Source: Spirochaetales bacterium
Lineage (GTDB): Bacteria; Spirochaetota; Spirochaetia; JABEVK01
Direction of reading: 5' to 3'
Length of the DNA stretch: 64,000 bases
Assembly: GCA_037142615.1 (NCBI GenBank)
Contig: JBAXAI010000007.1
Location: 80,150 to 144,149, forward strand
Every line of letters begins with the position of its first letter. Position 1 is the stretch's first letter. The notes beneath the pieces are model-generated. The model searched no databases. It saw only the letters and a list, made by a program, of their open reading frames with translations, and had not been told where the DNA came from. The position numbers were made by a program, and so were the translations under genes. Positions 8,131 to 17,030 of this stretch are shown here, piece after piece.

Positions 8131-9435
8131 ATGCTCGTTCCTGTTTCCCGTTGGCGCGATCTTTCGGCAGCCGACAAGGCCAAACTCCTGCGGCGCTCCG
8201 GTCAGGACATCACGGCGGTGTTGCCCGTGGTGCAGGCGATTTTGGACGACGTGCGCCAGCACGGTGACGCGGCCTTGTGTCGCTACGCGCTGCAGTTCGA
8301 CAAGGCCCACCTCACCCCGGCTTCTTTGCGCGTCTCCGAGGAGGAATGGGAGGCGGCCGAGGACCTTCTCACCGAAGAGGTGAAACAGGCGCTCCGGTTC
8401 TGCGTCGAAAACGTGCGCAAGGTCCACCTGCCGCAAAAGCCCGAAGGGATGACGTGGCAAGAGGTGCGACCGGGCCTGATGGCGGGCGAACGGCCCCTGT
8501 CCATCGAGTCGGTGGGCCTGTACGTGCCCCGTGGCCGGGGAAGCTTCCCATCGATGGTGTACATGCAAGCGGTTCCGGCCCAAATCGCCGGTGTGCCCCG
8601 TATTGTCCTGGTCACCCCACCCCTGGCCGACGGCACCATCGACCCGGCTTGTCTTTACGCAGCAAGACTTTGCGGTGTCCATGAGGTCTACAAGACCGGG
8701 GGATCCCAGGCCATCGCGGCGTTGGCCTACGGCACCGAAGTCATCGCTCCGGTCGTCAAGGTCAACGGGCCCGGCAGCCAGTACATCGCGGCGGCCAAGC
8801 GACTGCTGGCCGGCGTCGTCGATGTCGGGTTGCCCGCGGGGCCTTCCGAATCGATGTTGCTCGCCGATGACAGTGCCAAACCGTGGAAGGTCGCACTCGA
8901 TCTGATGGTCGAGGCCGAGCACGGCAGCGATTCCAGCGTCATCCTGGTGACCACCAGCGAGAACCTGGCCCGTCAGAGCGCCCAGTACATCGGCGCCCTG
9001 GCCGAAAGTCTACCCGAGCCGCGACGGACCTTCCTCAAGGACGTGTTTTCGGGCTACGGCGCCATTCTGGTGTGCGAAACCCTCGAGGAAGGCGCGGCCA
9101 TCGTCAACCAGTTCGCGCCCGAGCACCTGTCGATCCAAACCGAAGAACCGTTTGAAACGCTCGGACTGATCACCAACGCCAGCGAAATCCTGTTGGGCGA
9201 AAACCTGCCGTTCTCGGGGGCCAACTACGCGGCCGGTCCCAACGCCATTCTGCCCACCGGCGGCGCGGCCAAGACCTTCGGCCCGGTCAGCGTGCGCGAT
9301 TTCATCAAGTATAACTCCGTGATTTTCGCCACCGGCCGTGGCTACGACGCGCTCAAAGGTCCTGTGACAACCTTGGCCGACTACGAGGGTTTTCCGGCGC
9401 ACGCCGACGCGTTCCGCAAGCGTGGAGACAACTAG
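8131..9435 (+). CDS. hisD: Histidinol dehydrogenase family protein (divergent ligands)
   Basis: VGLYVPRG, GGSQAIAALAYGT, GPGSQY, PAGPSE, AEH, APEHL, LPTGG motifs. Confidence 0.85.
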   Translation: MLVPVSRWRDLSAADKAKLLRRSGQDITAVLPVVQAILDDVRQHGDAALCRYALQFDKAHLTPASLRVSEEEWEAAEDLLTEEVKQALRFCVENVRKVHLPQKPEGMTWQEVRPGLMAGERPLSIESVGLYVPRGRGSFPSMVYMQAVPAQIAGVPRIVLVTPPLADGTIDPACLYAARLCGVHEVYKTGGSQAIAALAYGTEVIAPVVKVNGPGSQYIAAAKRLLAGVVDVGLPAGPSESMLLADDSAKPWKVALDLMVEAEHGSDSSVILVTTSENLARQSAQYIGALAESLPEPRRTFLKDVFSGYGAILVCETLEEGAAIVNQFAPEHLSIQTEEPFETLGLITNASEILLGENLPFSGANYAAGPNAILPTGGAAKTFGPVSVRDFIKYNSVIFATGRGYDALKGPVTTLADYEGFPAHADAFRKRGDN

Positions 9436-9441
9436 GTCATC

Positions 9442-10791
9442 ATGACCCTCGCTGAATCGTGGCTGTGGCTGGAACACTTCACCAACCTCGAAAAACTGCC
9501 CTCGGCCACCAAGCGAACCTGGCGCTTGGACCGGATGCACGCGCTGTTGTCGGAACGCGGCCATCCTGAGCGGGCGATGATCGGCGTCCATTTGGCAGGT
9601 TCGAAGGGAAAAGGCTCGACGGCGGCCTTCTTGGCCTCGATTTTGACCCAGGGCGGCTGGTCGACAGGGCTGTATGCCTCGCCGCACGTGGCCGACTGGC
9701 GCGAGCGGATCACGCGCAACGGTGAGTTCTTTGCCGAACAAGCCTATACCGACACGGTCGCCCGGCTGCGAACCTACTGGGAAACGATGGCGCCCGAGGT
9801 TCGCTCACGCTTCATCGACGACTGGGGCGGCGAACCGACCACGTTTGAGTGGCTGACCCTGGCAGCGTTCGAACTCTTTCGTCACGAGGGGCTCGACGCG
9901 CAAGTGCTCGAGACCGGCTTGGGGGGTCGCCTCGACGCCACCAACACGCAGGTGCCGCTGGCCAGCGTTCTCACCCTGATCGAGCGCGAACATACCGAGA
10001 TCCTCGGCGACACCCTGCCCCTGATCGCTGCGGAAAAAGCCGGCATTATCAAGCCGGGGGTGCCGGTTTTCACGGCCCCACAGAGCCTCGAGGTTCTGAA
10101 CGTGTTCCGCCAGAAGGCCAAGGAGTCGGGTTCGCGACTCTACAGTTTCGACGAGGAAATCGACGACCTCGATGTCGGCCTGGAACCCACGGGCACGCGC
10201 CTGCTGGTCGAGTTTGCCGACGGGAGCGGAGTGCAGGCCCACCTCCAGGTGCTCGGGCTGGCGCAAGGGACCAACGCTGCCCTCGCCGCCCTCGTCATCA
10301 AAACGCTGGTTGCCGAGGGTTTGCTCCCGCTCAACACCCACCTGACGCTCGAGGAAGTCCTGAAGCGAGGCTTGGAGACCGTGACGCTGACCGGGCGCAT
10401 GCAGGTGTTGCAGCACGACCCGTTGGTGGTGGTCGACGGCGCACACACCGCCCGCTCGGTCCAACTGCTGACCAAATCGTGGAAGCAGTTGTTCGGCGGT
10501 GGTACTTTGGTGTTCGGGGCCTTTGCCGGCAAAGACATAGAAGCCATGGTGGCTTGGCTCGCGCCGGTCTTTTCGCGGGTGGTGGTGACCAAGCCTGGCA
10601 CTTTCCGGCCCAGCGACCCCGAAGCACTGGCGCAGGCGTTCACAAACGCGTCCCAGCGTCCCGAAGTGGTCGAAATCGCCGCCAGTCCCGCCGAGGCGCT
10701 CGCTTGGGCCCTGAATCTGCCCAACCCCGGCCCCGTGCTGGTCTGCGGGTCGTTTTACCTGGTGGGCGAGATTCTTAACTCGCGCAAGTAG
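9442..10791 (+). CDS. folC: Folylpolyglutamate synthase / dihydrofolate synthase
   Basis: HLAGSKGKGST P-loop, SPH..RERI, ETGLGGRLDATN, EKAGIIK, DGAH, GSFYLVGE. Confidence 0.95.
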   Translation: MTLAESWLWLEHFTNLEKLPSATKRTWRLDRMHALLSERGHPERAMIGVHLAGSKGKGSTAAFLASILTQGGWSTGLYASPHVADWRERITRNGEFFAEQAYTDTVARLRTYWETMAPEVRSRFIDDWGGEPTTFEWLTLAAFELFRHEGLDAQVLETGLGGRLDATNTQVPLASVLTLIEREHTEILGDTLPLIAAEKAGIIKPGVPVFTAPQSLEVLNVFRQKAKESGSRLYSFDEEIDDLDVGLEPTGTRLLVEFADGSGVQAHLQVLGLAQGTNAALAALVIKTLVAEGLLPLNTHLTLEEVLKRGLETVTLTGRMQVLQHDPLVVVDGAHTARSVQLLTKSWKQLFGGGTLVFGAFAGKDIEAMVAWLAPVFSRVVVTKPGTFRPSDPEALAQAFTNASQRPEVVEIAASPAEALAWALNLPNPGPVLVCGSFYLVGEILNSRK

Positions 10792-10803
10792 GCCCCCCGA
10801 AGT

Positions 10804-12225
10804 TCAGTTGGCCTTGGTGAACGCCAGCAACTCGGCCTCTTTGGCGCTGTCGATGAGCCCCATTGCCTTCGCCACGGTGAAGAACTCCTCGATCTGGGCA
10901 AACGCATGCAACCGGACGCCCTGAGCGTCCATGTCGCGGCGGCCCTGAACCCCTCGCTCGAGCAGCACCACCAGGTCCTTCACGACCAGGCCCTCGGCCC
11001 GCAGCACGTCGATGGCCTCGAGCTTGCTCTTGCCGGTGGTGATCAGGTCATCGAGCAACAGCGCCTTGTCGCCCTTCTTGAACTCGCCTTCCACGTTGTT
11101 TCCGGTGCCGTGGGGTTTGGGAGGAATCCGCGGGTAAATCAGCGGAGTCCCCGTCTGGAGGCTGGCCGCCGTCGCCAAGGGCAAAGCCGCCAAGGGGATG
11201 CCCGCCACGCAGTGGAAGTCCAAATCGCGCATCAGTTGAGCGTAGGCCTTGCCGACCAGCTTGAGCACCTTGGGGTCGCTGGCCACGCGTCGCAGGTCCA
11301 CGTAGAACGGGCTTTTGAGCCCGCTCTTGAGGATGAACTCGCCGAGTTGGAAGCACTCGGTGCGGATCAGGCCTTCGAGCACTTTGCGCTTGAGCTTGGT
11401 CATGGTGGCAGGATCGCGCAGACGGCGCCCGAGAACCGCAGCCCGTTCCAGATTGATCTGATCGCGCAGTTCGGTGGCCTTTTGCGCCGGGTTCTCAGCC
11501 TGGGCAATTTCGCGCGACACGTTGACGAGCAGGCCCAGCCCGTCCGCACGGATTCCGGCGCTGACAGCACCCTTCACCGTGCCCCCTTGAGCGCCGACGC
11601 CGGGCGCCAGAAACCAGGTCTGTGGTAAGGCCTCGCGCAGCAATTCCAAGGCAGCTTCGTCGTTGCCCGCCACCACCAAGCCGACCCGGCGGTCCCAGCC
11701 GGCCGCGATGCGGGCCGCCTTCCGATACAGCGGATCGCCCTTGTGCGGCAGGTCCTGCAACTCGCCCGCCGACGGATTCGAGGTCCGCGCCAGCACAAAC
11801 ACTCCCTTGCCCTCGTGCTTGAGGAATGGGTCGGCGCTGTCTCGGCCCATCCAGGGGGCAATGGTCACGCAGCCGACCTTGGGATTGCGAAAACTCGCGC
11901 GGGCGTAGGCTTCGGCCGTGGGGCCAATGTCGCCGCGCTTGGCGTCCAGGATGACCGGAGTCCCTTCTGGGATGAGCGCCAAGGTTTCCTCGAGCGCCCA
12001 GAGGCCTTCCGGGCCCCAGGCTTCGTAAAACGCACTGTTAGGTTTGTACGCCGCCGCTACCGCTGTGGTGGCCTCAATCAGCGCGCGGTTGGCCGCCACG
12101 ATGGCCTTGCGGGCCTCCTGCGGGGTCTTGGCTTCGACCCGGGGATCGAGCCCCACGCACAGCAGGCTGCTCTTCTGCAAGCAAGAAGCTTCCAGTTCGG
12201 AAAAGAAATCCGGGGCTGTTTTCAT
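10804..12225 (-). CDS. pyrF: Bifunctional OMP decarboxylase / orotate phosphoribosyltransferase (PyrF-PyrE fusion)
   Basis: N-terminal LCVGLDP, KPNSAFYE, DAKRGDIGPT, PGVGAQGG; C-terminal FILKSGLKSPFYVDLR and LLDDLITTGKS (PRPP motif). Confidence 0.95.
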   Translation of the reverse strand: MKTAPDFFSELEASCLQKSSLLCVGLDPRVEAKTPQEARKAIVAANRALIEATTAVAAAYKPNSAFYEAWGPEGLWALEETLALIPEGTPVILDAKRGDIGPTAEAYARASFRNPKVGCVTIAPWMGRDSADPFLKHEGKGVFVLARTSNPSAGELQDLPHKGDPLYRKAARIAAGWDRRVGLVVAGNDEAALELLREALPQTWFLAPGVGAQGGTVKGAVSAGIRADGLGLLVNVSREIAQAENPAQKATELRDQINLERAAVLGRRLRDPATMTKLKRKVLEGLIRTECFQLGEFILKSGLKSPFYVDLRRVASDPKVLKLVGKAYAQLMRDLDFHCVAGIPLAALPLATAASLQTGTPLIYPRIPPKPHGTGNNVEGEFKKGDKALLLDDLITTGKSKLEAIDVLRAEGLVVKDLVVLLERGVQGRRDMDAQGVRLHAFAQIEEFFTVAKAMGLIDSAKEAELLAFTKAN

Positions 12226-12285
12226 GGCCCTGAGGATAGCGGGGCCGTTGCCGAGGTGTCAAGGTTGCAGAATTGCTCTTGCCAG

Positions 12286-12315
12286 TTGACACTCCCCCGG
12301 CGAGTCTGGTAGTTT
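12286..12315 (+). promoter_or_regulatory. Sigma70 promoter for tRNA-Pro
   Basis: TTGACA (12286-12291), 18-nt spacer, TAGTTT (12310-12315). Confidence 0.6.
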
Positions 12316-12331
12316 CATCCTTCGTGAATAA

Positions 12332-12405
12332 CGGGCTATAGCGCAGGGGTTTAGCGCACTAGTCTGGGGGACTAGGGGTCGGCGGTTCAAATCCGCCTAG
12401 CCCGA
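12332..12405 (+). tRNA. tRNA-Pro (GGG)
   Basis: CGGGCTA acceptor stem, CTAGT-CTGGGGG-ACTAG anticodon arm, GGTTCAAATCC T-loop. Confidence 0.95.
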
Positions 12406-12466
12406 AACAAACACTTCGCGTTTGTTTCCTGGAGGAGCCGCTGTGCGGCCCCTCACCGATTCGGTG

Positions 12467-12497
12467 ACGCCAATCCGCAGGGGTTGGCGTTTTTTTT
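12467..12497 (+). terminator. Intrinsic terminator after tRNA-Pro
   Basis: ACGCCAATCC-GCA-GGGGTTGGCGT stem followed by a T run. Confidence 0.8.
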
Positions 12498-12577
12498 GCA
12501 ACAGTCAATAGCTTACAAAACTACTCCACATTAGCCGGGTGCTGCGTTATACTGCGGGGACACAGGAGGTACGGTCC

Positions 12578-14713
12578 ATGACAACCCGCTTCCGTCTGGC
12601 CTTCTTGGCGTCAGCTTGGGCCATGGCTGTGACCCCGCTGCCGTCCCAGACGTCACCTTGGGCCCTGACGTTCAACGTCGATCCTTACGTTGTGACGCCT
12701 ATCGACAAAGCCAGCGACAACACCACCAGTTTGTTCCCCTACGGCCTCGGGACGAAGGTCTCGGTCGACTACACGCCTGCCCGGCTCCCGCTGGTCTCGC
12801 TGGGCCTCGTGGGCGACTACGCCAAGCTCACCACGCCCGACCCGTCCTTGGCTGTCTACCTCGCGGGCGGCGGACTTCAACTGGGTCTTAACCTCAAGGT
12901 CCTGCCGGCTCTGAGCGTGATCGCGACCGGATCAGGCGGCGTCTTCACGGCTGGAGTGGCTCCGACGGCCTTTTCGGGCCTAGGTGGATGGATCTCGGCC
13001 GGTGCTGGCCTCGGCCTCAACATCGGTGACTTCTTTTCTTTGCACTTCGCTGCCAACTATCAGGATAACTTCGAGTCGCTGTCGAGATCTCTGTACAGCG
13101 GGGCTTCGTACAGCCTTTCGGCCCACTTCATGCCAGCGGGAAATGCTCCGTTCATTCTCGACACCACCGTTCCAGCGGGCTTTGCAGCCATCCAGCGCGA
13201 AAAAAAGGGCGTGAAGCTCGTTGGCCTAAAGACAGACCGCATCTTTCCGGTGTTCAAAAACTACTACGATGCCAGCCCGGTGGCGCAGGTCATTTTGCAC
13301 AACTACGATCCTTCCGACGCCCAGAATGTCAGCGTTTCGGCTTTGGTGAAGGACTACATGAATGGCCCCCGCGACCTTACGGTTCCCGCGACAATTCCTG
13401 CCGGCGGCGATGCGAAAATCGACGTGTACACCCTCTTGAACGACCGAGTTCTGACGATTGCAGAGACGACCAAACTCACGTTGGGGTTCACCGTCAAGTA
13501 CCGGCAGAACGGGCAAGAATACACGGAGTCGTACGATCCCACCATCGAATCGCTCTACCGCAACGCCATCACATGGGACGACGACCAGCACGTAGCGGCC
13601 TTCATCTCGGCGCGCGACCCAGCAGCCTACGGCTTTGTCCGCGCGCTCGTGGCAGCCACGCGCGACCAACGCAACCACGCGCTGAGCACCAACCTCCAAA
13701 CGGCCATGGTGGTCCACGAGGCCCTCAAACAACACGGTTTGATCTACTCCAAGGTTCCCAGTTCGCCGTTCAATACCGGCGACAAAGTCACCGTCGATAC
13801 CGTGCAGTTCCCGCAGGAAACGCTGGTCAGCAAGACCGGAGACTGCAGCGACCTCACGGTGCTCTGGTGCTCTTTACTCGAGTCGGTGGGCATCGAGACG
13901 GCAGCCGTCACCACGCCCGGCCACATCTACATGGCCTTTGCGCTCGAAATCAGCCCCGAACAGGCCGTGGCGCTGTTGGGCAGCCGCGACCAGTTCCTTC
14001 TGCGCGGTGGCAAGGCCTGGGTTCCCGTCGAGACCACGCTGATTTCTGACTCGTTCATGAACGCCTGGAAGGAAGGGGCCCGTGAGTCCGACCCACTGGT
14101 TCAGCCCAGCCTGGGGTTCTACCCGATTCACGACGCGTGGAAGATCTACGCGCCAGTGGTGGTATCCGGTACAGCCGCGCCGCCCGCGATTCCCTCCGAC
14201 GCTAAGCTGACCCAGTCCCTCGCCGCCGAACTCGATAGCCTGTACCGTAGCGAGTTGGAACCGCGCGCTGCCAAACTGAGGGCCGACCTCGCAGCCGGAG
14301 GAGCTAATGCCGCCAAGACGACGAGTTCGCTGGCCCTACTCTACGCCCGCTACGGCGAGTACGAACAGGCGGCCCAACTTCTGACCGAGCTGACAGCCAA
14401 GCAAAGCTACGGACCTGCCTTTGTCAATCTGGGAAATATCTTGTTGCTGCAGAAGAAATACCCCGAGGCTCTGGCTAGGTTCGACTCGTGGTTGACCATC
14501 AACCCCGACGAGGCGCTTGCCGTGGCTGGCGAGGCATTGGCCTACGACGGAATGGGCGACCGAGCCAATTCCCAGGCTGCCTTTACGCGCCTGTCGTCCC
14601 TCGACAAAAGGCTGGCTGCCAAGTACACCTACCTCGGAGCTGCGGCCAGCGACGGTGGCGGGCGGGCCGCCGAGGCGGGCCAACTTGAAAGTGTCGTGGA
14701 GTGGAAGGAATGA
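12578..14713 (+). CDS. Exported protein: beta-barrel-like N-terminus, transglutaminase-like Cys domain and TPR repeats
   Basis: AGGAGG RBS; signal peptide; amphipathic beta strands; QFPQETLVSKTGDCSD...PGHIY...WVPVETT; C-terminal TPRs (AFVNLGNILLLQKKYPEAL). Confidence 0.75.
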   Translation: MTTRFRLAFLASAWAMAVTPLPSQTSPWALTFNVDPYVVTPIDKASDNTTSLFPYGLGTKVSVDYTPARLPLVSLGLVGDYAKLTTPDPSLAVYLAGGGLQLGLNLKVLPALSVIATGSGGVFTAGVAPTAFSGLGGWISAGAGLGLNIGDFFSLHFAANYQDNFESLSRSLYSGASYSLSAHFMPAGNAPFILDTTVPAGFAAIQREKKGVKLVGLKTDRIFPVFKNYYDASPVAQVILHNYDPSDAQNVSVSALVKDYMNGPRDLTVPATIPAGGDAKIDVYTLLNDRVLTIAETTKLTLGFTVKYRQNGQEYTESYDPTIESLYRNAITWDDDQHVAAFISARDPAAYGFVRALVAATRDQRNHALSTNLQTAMVVHEALKQHGLIYSKVPSSPFNTGDKVTVDTVQFPQETLVSKTGDCSDLTVLWCSLLESVGIETAAVTTPGHIYMAFALEISPEQAVALLGSRDQFLLRGGKAWVPVETTLISDSFMNAWKEGARESDPLVQPSLGFYPIHDAWKIYAPVVVSGTAAPPAIPSDAKLTQSLAAELDSLYRSELEPRAAKLRADLAAGGANAAKTTSSLALLYARYGEYEQAAQLLTELTAKQSYGPAFVNLGNILLLQKKYPEALARFDSWLTINPDEALAVAGEALAYDGMGDRANSQAAFTRLSSLDKRLAAKYTYLGAAASDGGGRAAEAGQLESVVEWKE

Positions 14714-14716
14714 ACG

Positions 14717-16702
14717 TCACCAGAAACGGGAAATCGAAAGGTCGTAGTTGACGGAATAACCGGAGCCGGCCAGGATGTACCCGCGCTGTCCGGCGACGAG
14801 GGCTTCGCCGTTGGGTTGCAGGCAGACGGCATTCCACTGATCGAGGGCTCCCGCACCGGCCCGAAGGACGTACCCGGAGACGCCATTGTAACTGTTATCC
14901 AGATTGCCGCTGGGCGTGTAGCGGGTCAGGTTCAGTTGCGTTCCCAAGACAGAAGCGGCCCCGGAGCTCAGGATCCTCGTCGTACCAGCGACGAGGATCT
15001 TTCCTGTCGTAGAGATCGCGACGCTCCGCGGTTCATCCCACTGCACGTTGTTGGTTACGTTGAACCCAGCAGGAAACGGGTTGGCCAGCGGCAGCCTCTG
15101 ACCCGTGTACCCAAAAGCAAAACCGCTGGCGCCAAAGTTCGTGTCGAGAGTGCCCGAAAGGGTCAGGCGACCCACAAGTTGAGGGTGGTCCTTATTCGAG
15201 TCGGCCGTCGGAGTTCCGACAAACACGATCTTTCCATCACTCTGGCCGGCGGCAGCCGTGATGGAAGCTGAGCCGGACTTGACTCCAGCGAAATTCGGCA
15301 GACTGACCGACGCGACTCCCGAGTTGCCGTACGTGGTGTCCAGAGTCCCGTCGGATCGGAATCTCACCGTGTCAACAAACCAGTTAGTTGTGTCGGTCGA
15401 TGTCATGACGGCCGTCAAAGACCCGTCGGCGTTCAAGACAACGGCGACCGGGGTCCCGATAATCGCTGTTTCTGTATACCCAGCAGAGCCAAAACTTGCA
15501 TCCAAGGTGCCATCCGGGGAGTACCTGGCGATGGTCAAGTAAGTGTTGCTGACGCCGGCCACGACAATCCGGGCCGACGAGTCGACGACCAGCGAGGTAG
15601 CCCTGGAAGGGTCGACCGCGCCAAAACTGTCAAACTTGCGTTCGAGTGACATCGCGTCGGCGGCGAAACGGAGCACCGTCCAAACCTGGGTAGTCGAGGT
15701 TTGACTTCCCACGTCGGCTGAGTTCATGGTGCCCTCCCAACCGGCCACCAGGAACTTGTTGTCGGTCTGGACGGCGACGGCGAAGGCATCCGAGGTCAAC
15801 ATGTCGTGTTTACCGCCGGTCAGGTCCTCTTGCGACTCGCGGTAGCGCAGGTAACTGGTGGCCAGACCCCCTCCGGTCGGACTAGACTTGGTGACAATGA
15901 TGCGGGGGTAGAGGCCATTGCTGCTTCGGTCCCAAATCATGTGCCCGGCTGCGACGATGTCTGCCGTGGATTGAACGGCCAAGGCAACCAGGCTGCCAGA
16001 AAGGCCACTCGCGTCGCCCGAGGCACCGTACGACGTGTCCGGCGTCCCCGCTTGGTGGGAGGTGTAGGTTCCCAGGGCAACGCGTGAGGAACGCCAGCCC
16101 GTCTGCGAGGCCACCGCCTGGAAGGTTGTTGTCGAATTGGCAGGCAGAGAGAAGGAGCCGGTGTATAGGTTGCCGAACGTAGGACTTGGAGCCGACAAAC
16201 CATCCGAGGTGTAACGGATGCTGGATCCCGAAGTGCTGACCAACGAAATCAGGGTATCAGAAGAATAGTCTCCCGGAACCGGCCAAAAGATAGGTGTCGA
16301 AAGCAGCAGATAATCAAGGGAATAGGTCGCCGAAAAGACCTGGCTCGACTGGTACCCTGACTTGGTGGCAATAGCCTTCAGCGTCAAGGTTGTTCCATCT
16401 CCGGCCAGCGGCACCGGGTTTGGTGTCGATGGCGACGATTCCGTCGGGAGGCTGCCGTCGGTGGTGTAGTGAACCTGAGCGTCCGGAGTTTTTGTCGCAA
16501 GTGAAATAAGGATGTCTGTGGAGTAAGTCGACGAGGTGGCATCTGCGAGGGTTCCTTCCACGCTCGCGGCCGGAGTTTCGACGGTCTCCAGCTGACTGGC
16601 CTGGTAGTCAGACACCCTCTGTGCAATGGCGCCCTTGAGCACAATCGGATCGCACGAGGTCAGTCCCAAGACAGCCATCAGAATACAAGCAGCCCATCGC
16701 AC
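14717..16702 (-). CDS. Surface lipoprotein with two Fn3-associated/chitobiase-C domains and delta-60 (DUF5122-like) repeats
   Basis: Lipobox LTS-C; HYTTDGSLPT and RYTSDG motifs; repeated DGTLDxSFG / QxDGKIV units. Confidence 0.85.
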   Translation of the reverse strand: MRWAACILMAVLGLTSCDPIVLKGAIAQRVSDYQASQLETVETPAASVEGTLADATSSTYSTDILISLATKTPDAQVHYTTDGSLPTESSPSTPNPVPLAGDGTTLTLKAIATKSGYQSSQVFSATYSLDYLLLSTPIFWPVPGDYSSDTLISLVSTSGSSIRYTSDGLSAPSPTFGNLYTGSFSLPANSTTTFQAVASQTGWRSSRVALGTYTSHQAGTPDTSYGASGDASGLSGSLVALAVQSTADIVAAGHMIWDRSSNGLYPRIIVTKSSPTGGGLATSYLRYRESQEDLTGGKHDMLTSDAFAVAVQTDNKFLVAGWEGTMNSADVGSQTSTTQVWTVLRFAADAMSLERKFDSFGAVDPSRATSLVVDSSARIVVAGVSNTYLTIARYSPDGTLDASFGSAGYTETAIIGTPVAVVLNADGSLTAVMTSTDTTNWFVDTVRFRSDGTLDTTYGNSGVASVSLPNFAGVKSGSASITAAAGQSDGKIVFVGTPTADSNKDHPQLVGRLTLSGTLDTNFGASGFAFGYTGQRLPLANPFPAGFNVTNNVQWDEPRSVAISTTGKILVAGTTRILSSGAASVLGTQLNLTRYTPSGNLDNSYNGVSGYVLRAGAGALDQWNAVCLQPNGEALVAGQRGYILAGSGYSVNYDLSISRFW

Positions 16703-17030
16703 TGTCTGACCTCCCTCGAACTCAAAGCCTACTGAGTTAGTAAGGTACTATTAGCCTTCAAACTTGCCAAGGACTTTTTCGGTCCGTGCGTTGTTGCTTT
16801 GGACTTGACACCCCCGCTCGTTGTGTATAGTTTTTCTCCTTGTCGCTAGGTTGTACCGGCGATGAATAGGCGTTAAGTTCTTTCGGGAACCCGCCGACAA
16901 AATGTCTGTTGCATGGTCATTCCCAACGGGATGAATCACCAATGGGCAGTATGCTGGAGCGTGGCCGGTCTTTGCAGATCGACCCTGCGACTCCTCACAC
17001 GGCAGAGTGCACTCAAAGCACTCAGAGCAC

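Noticed and set aside
16751-16942. 63-aa minus-strand ORF
   Set aside because: No motifs, AT-rich, and overlaps a promoter-like sequence; more likely non-coding.
12406-17030. Intact genomic island at tRNA-Pro
   Set aside because: No integrase and no repeat of the tRNA 3' end found by eye.
16840-17030. Known riboswitch (c-di-GMP-I/II, c-di-AMP, SAM, TPP)
   Set aside because: I could not find their conserved core sequences on either strand; kept only as an unclassified structured RNA candidate.
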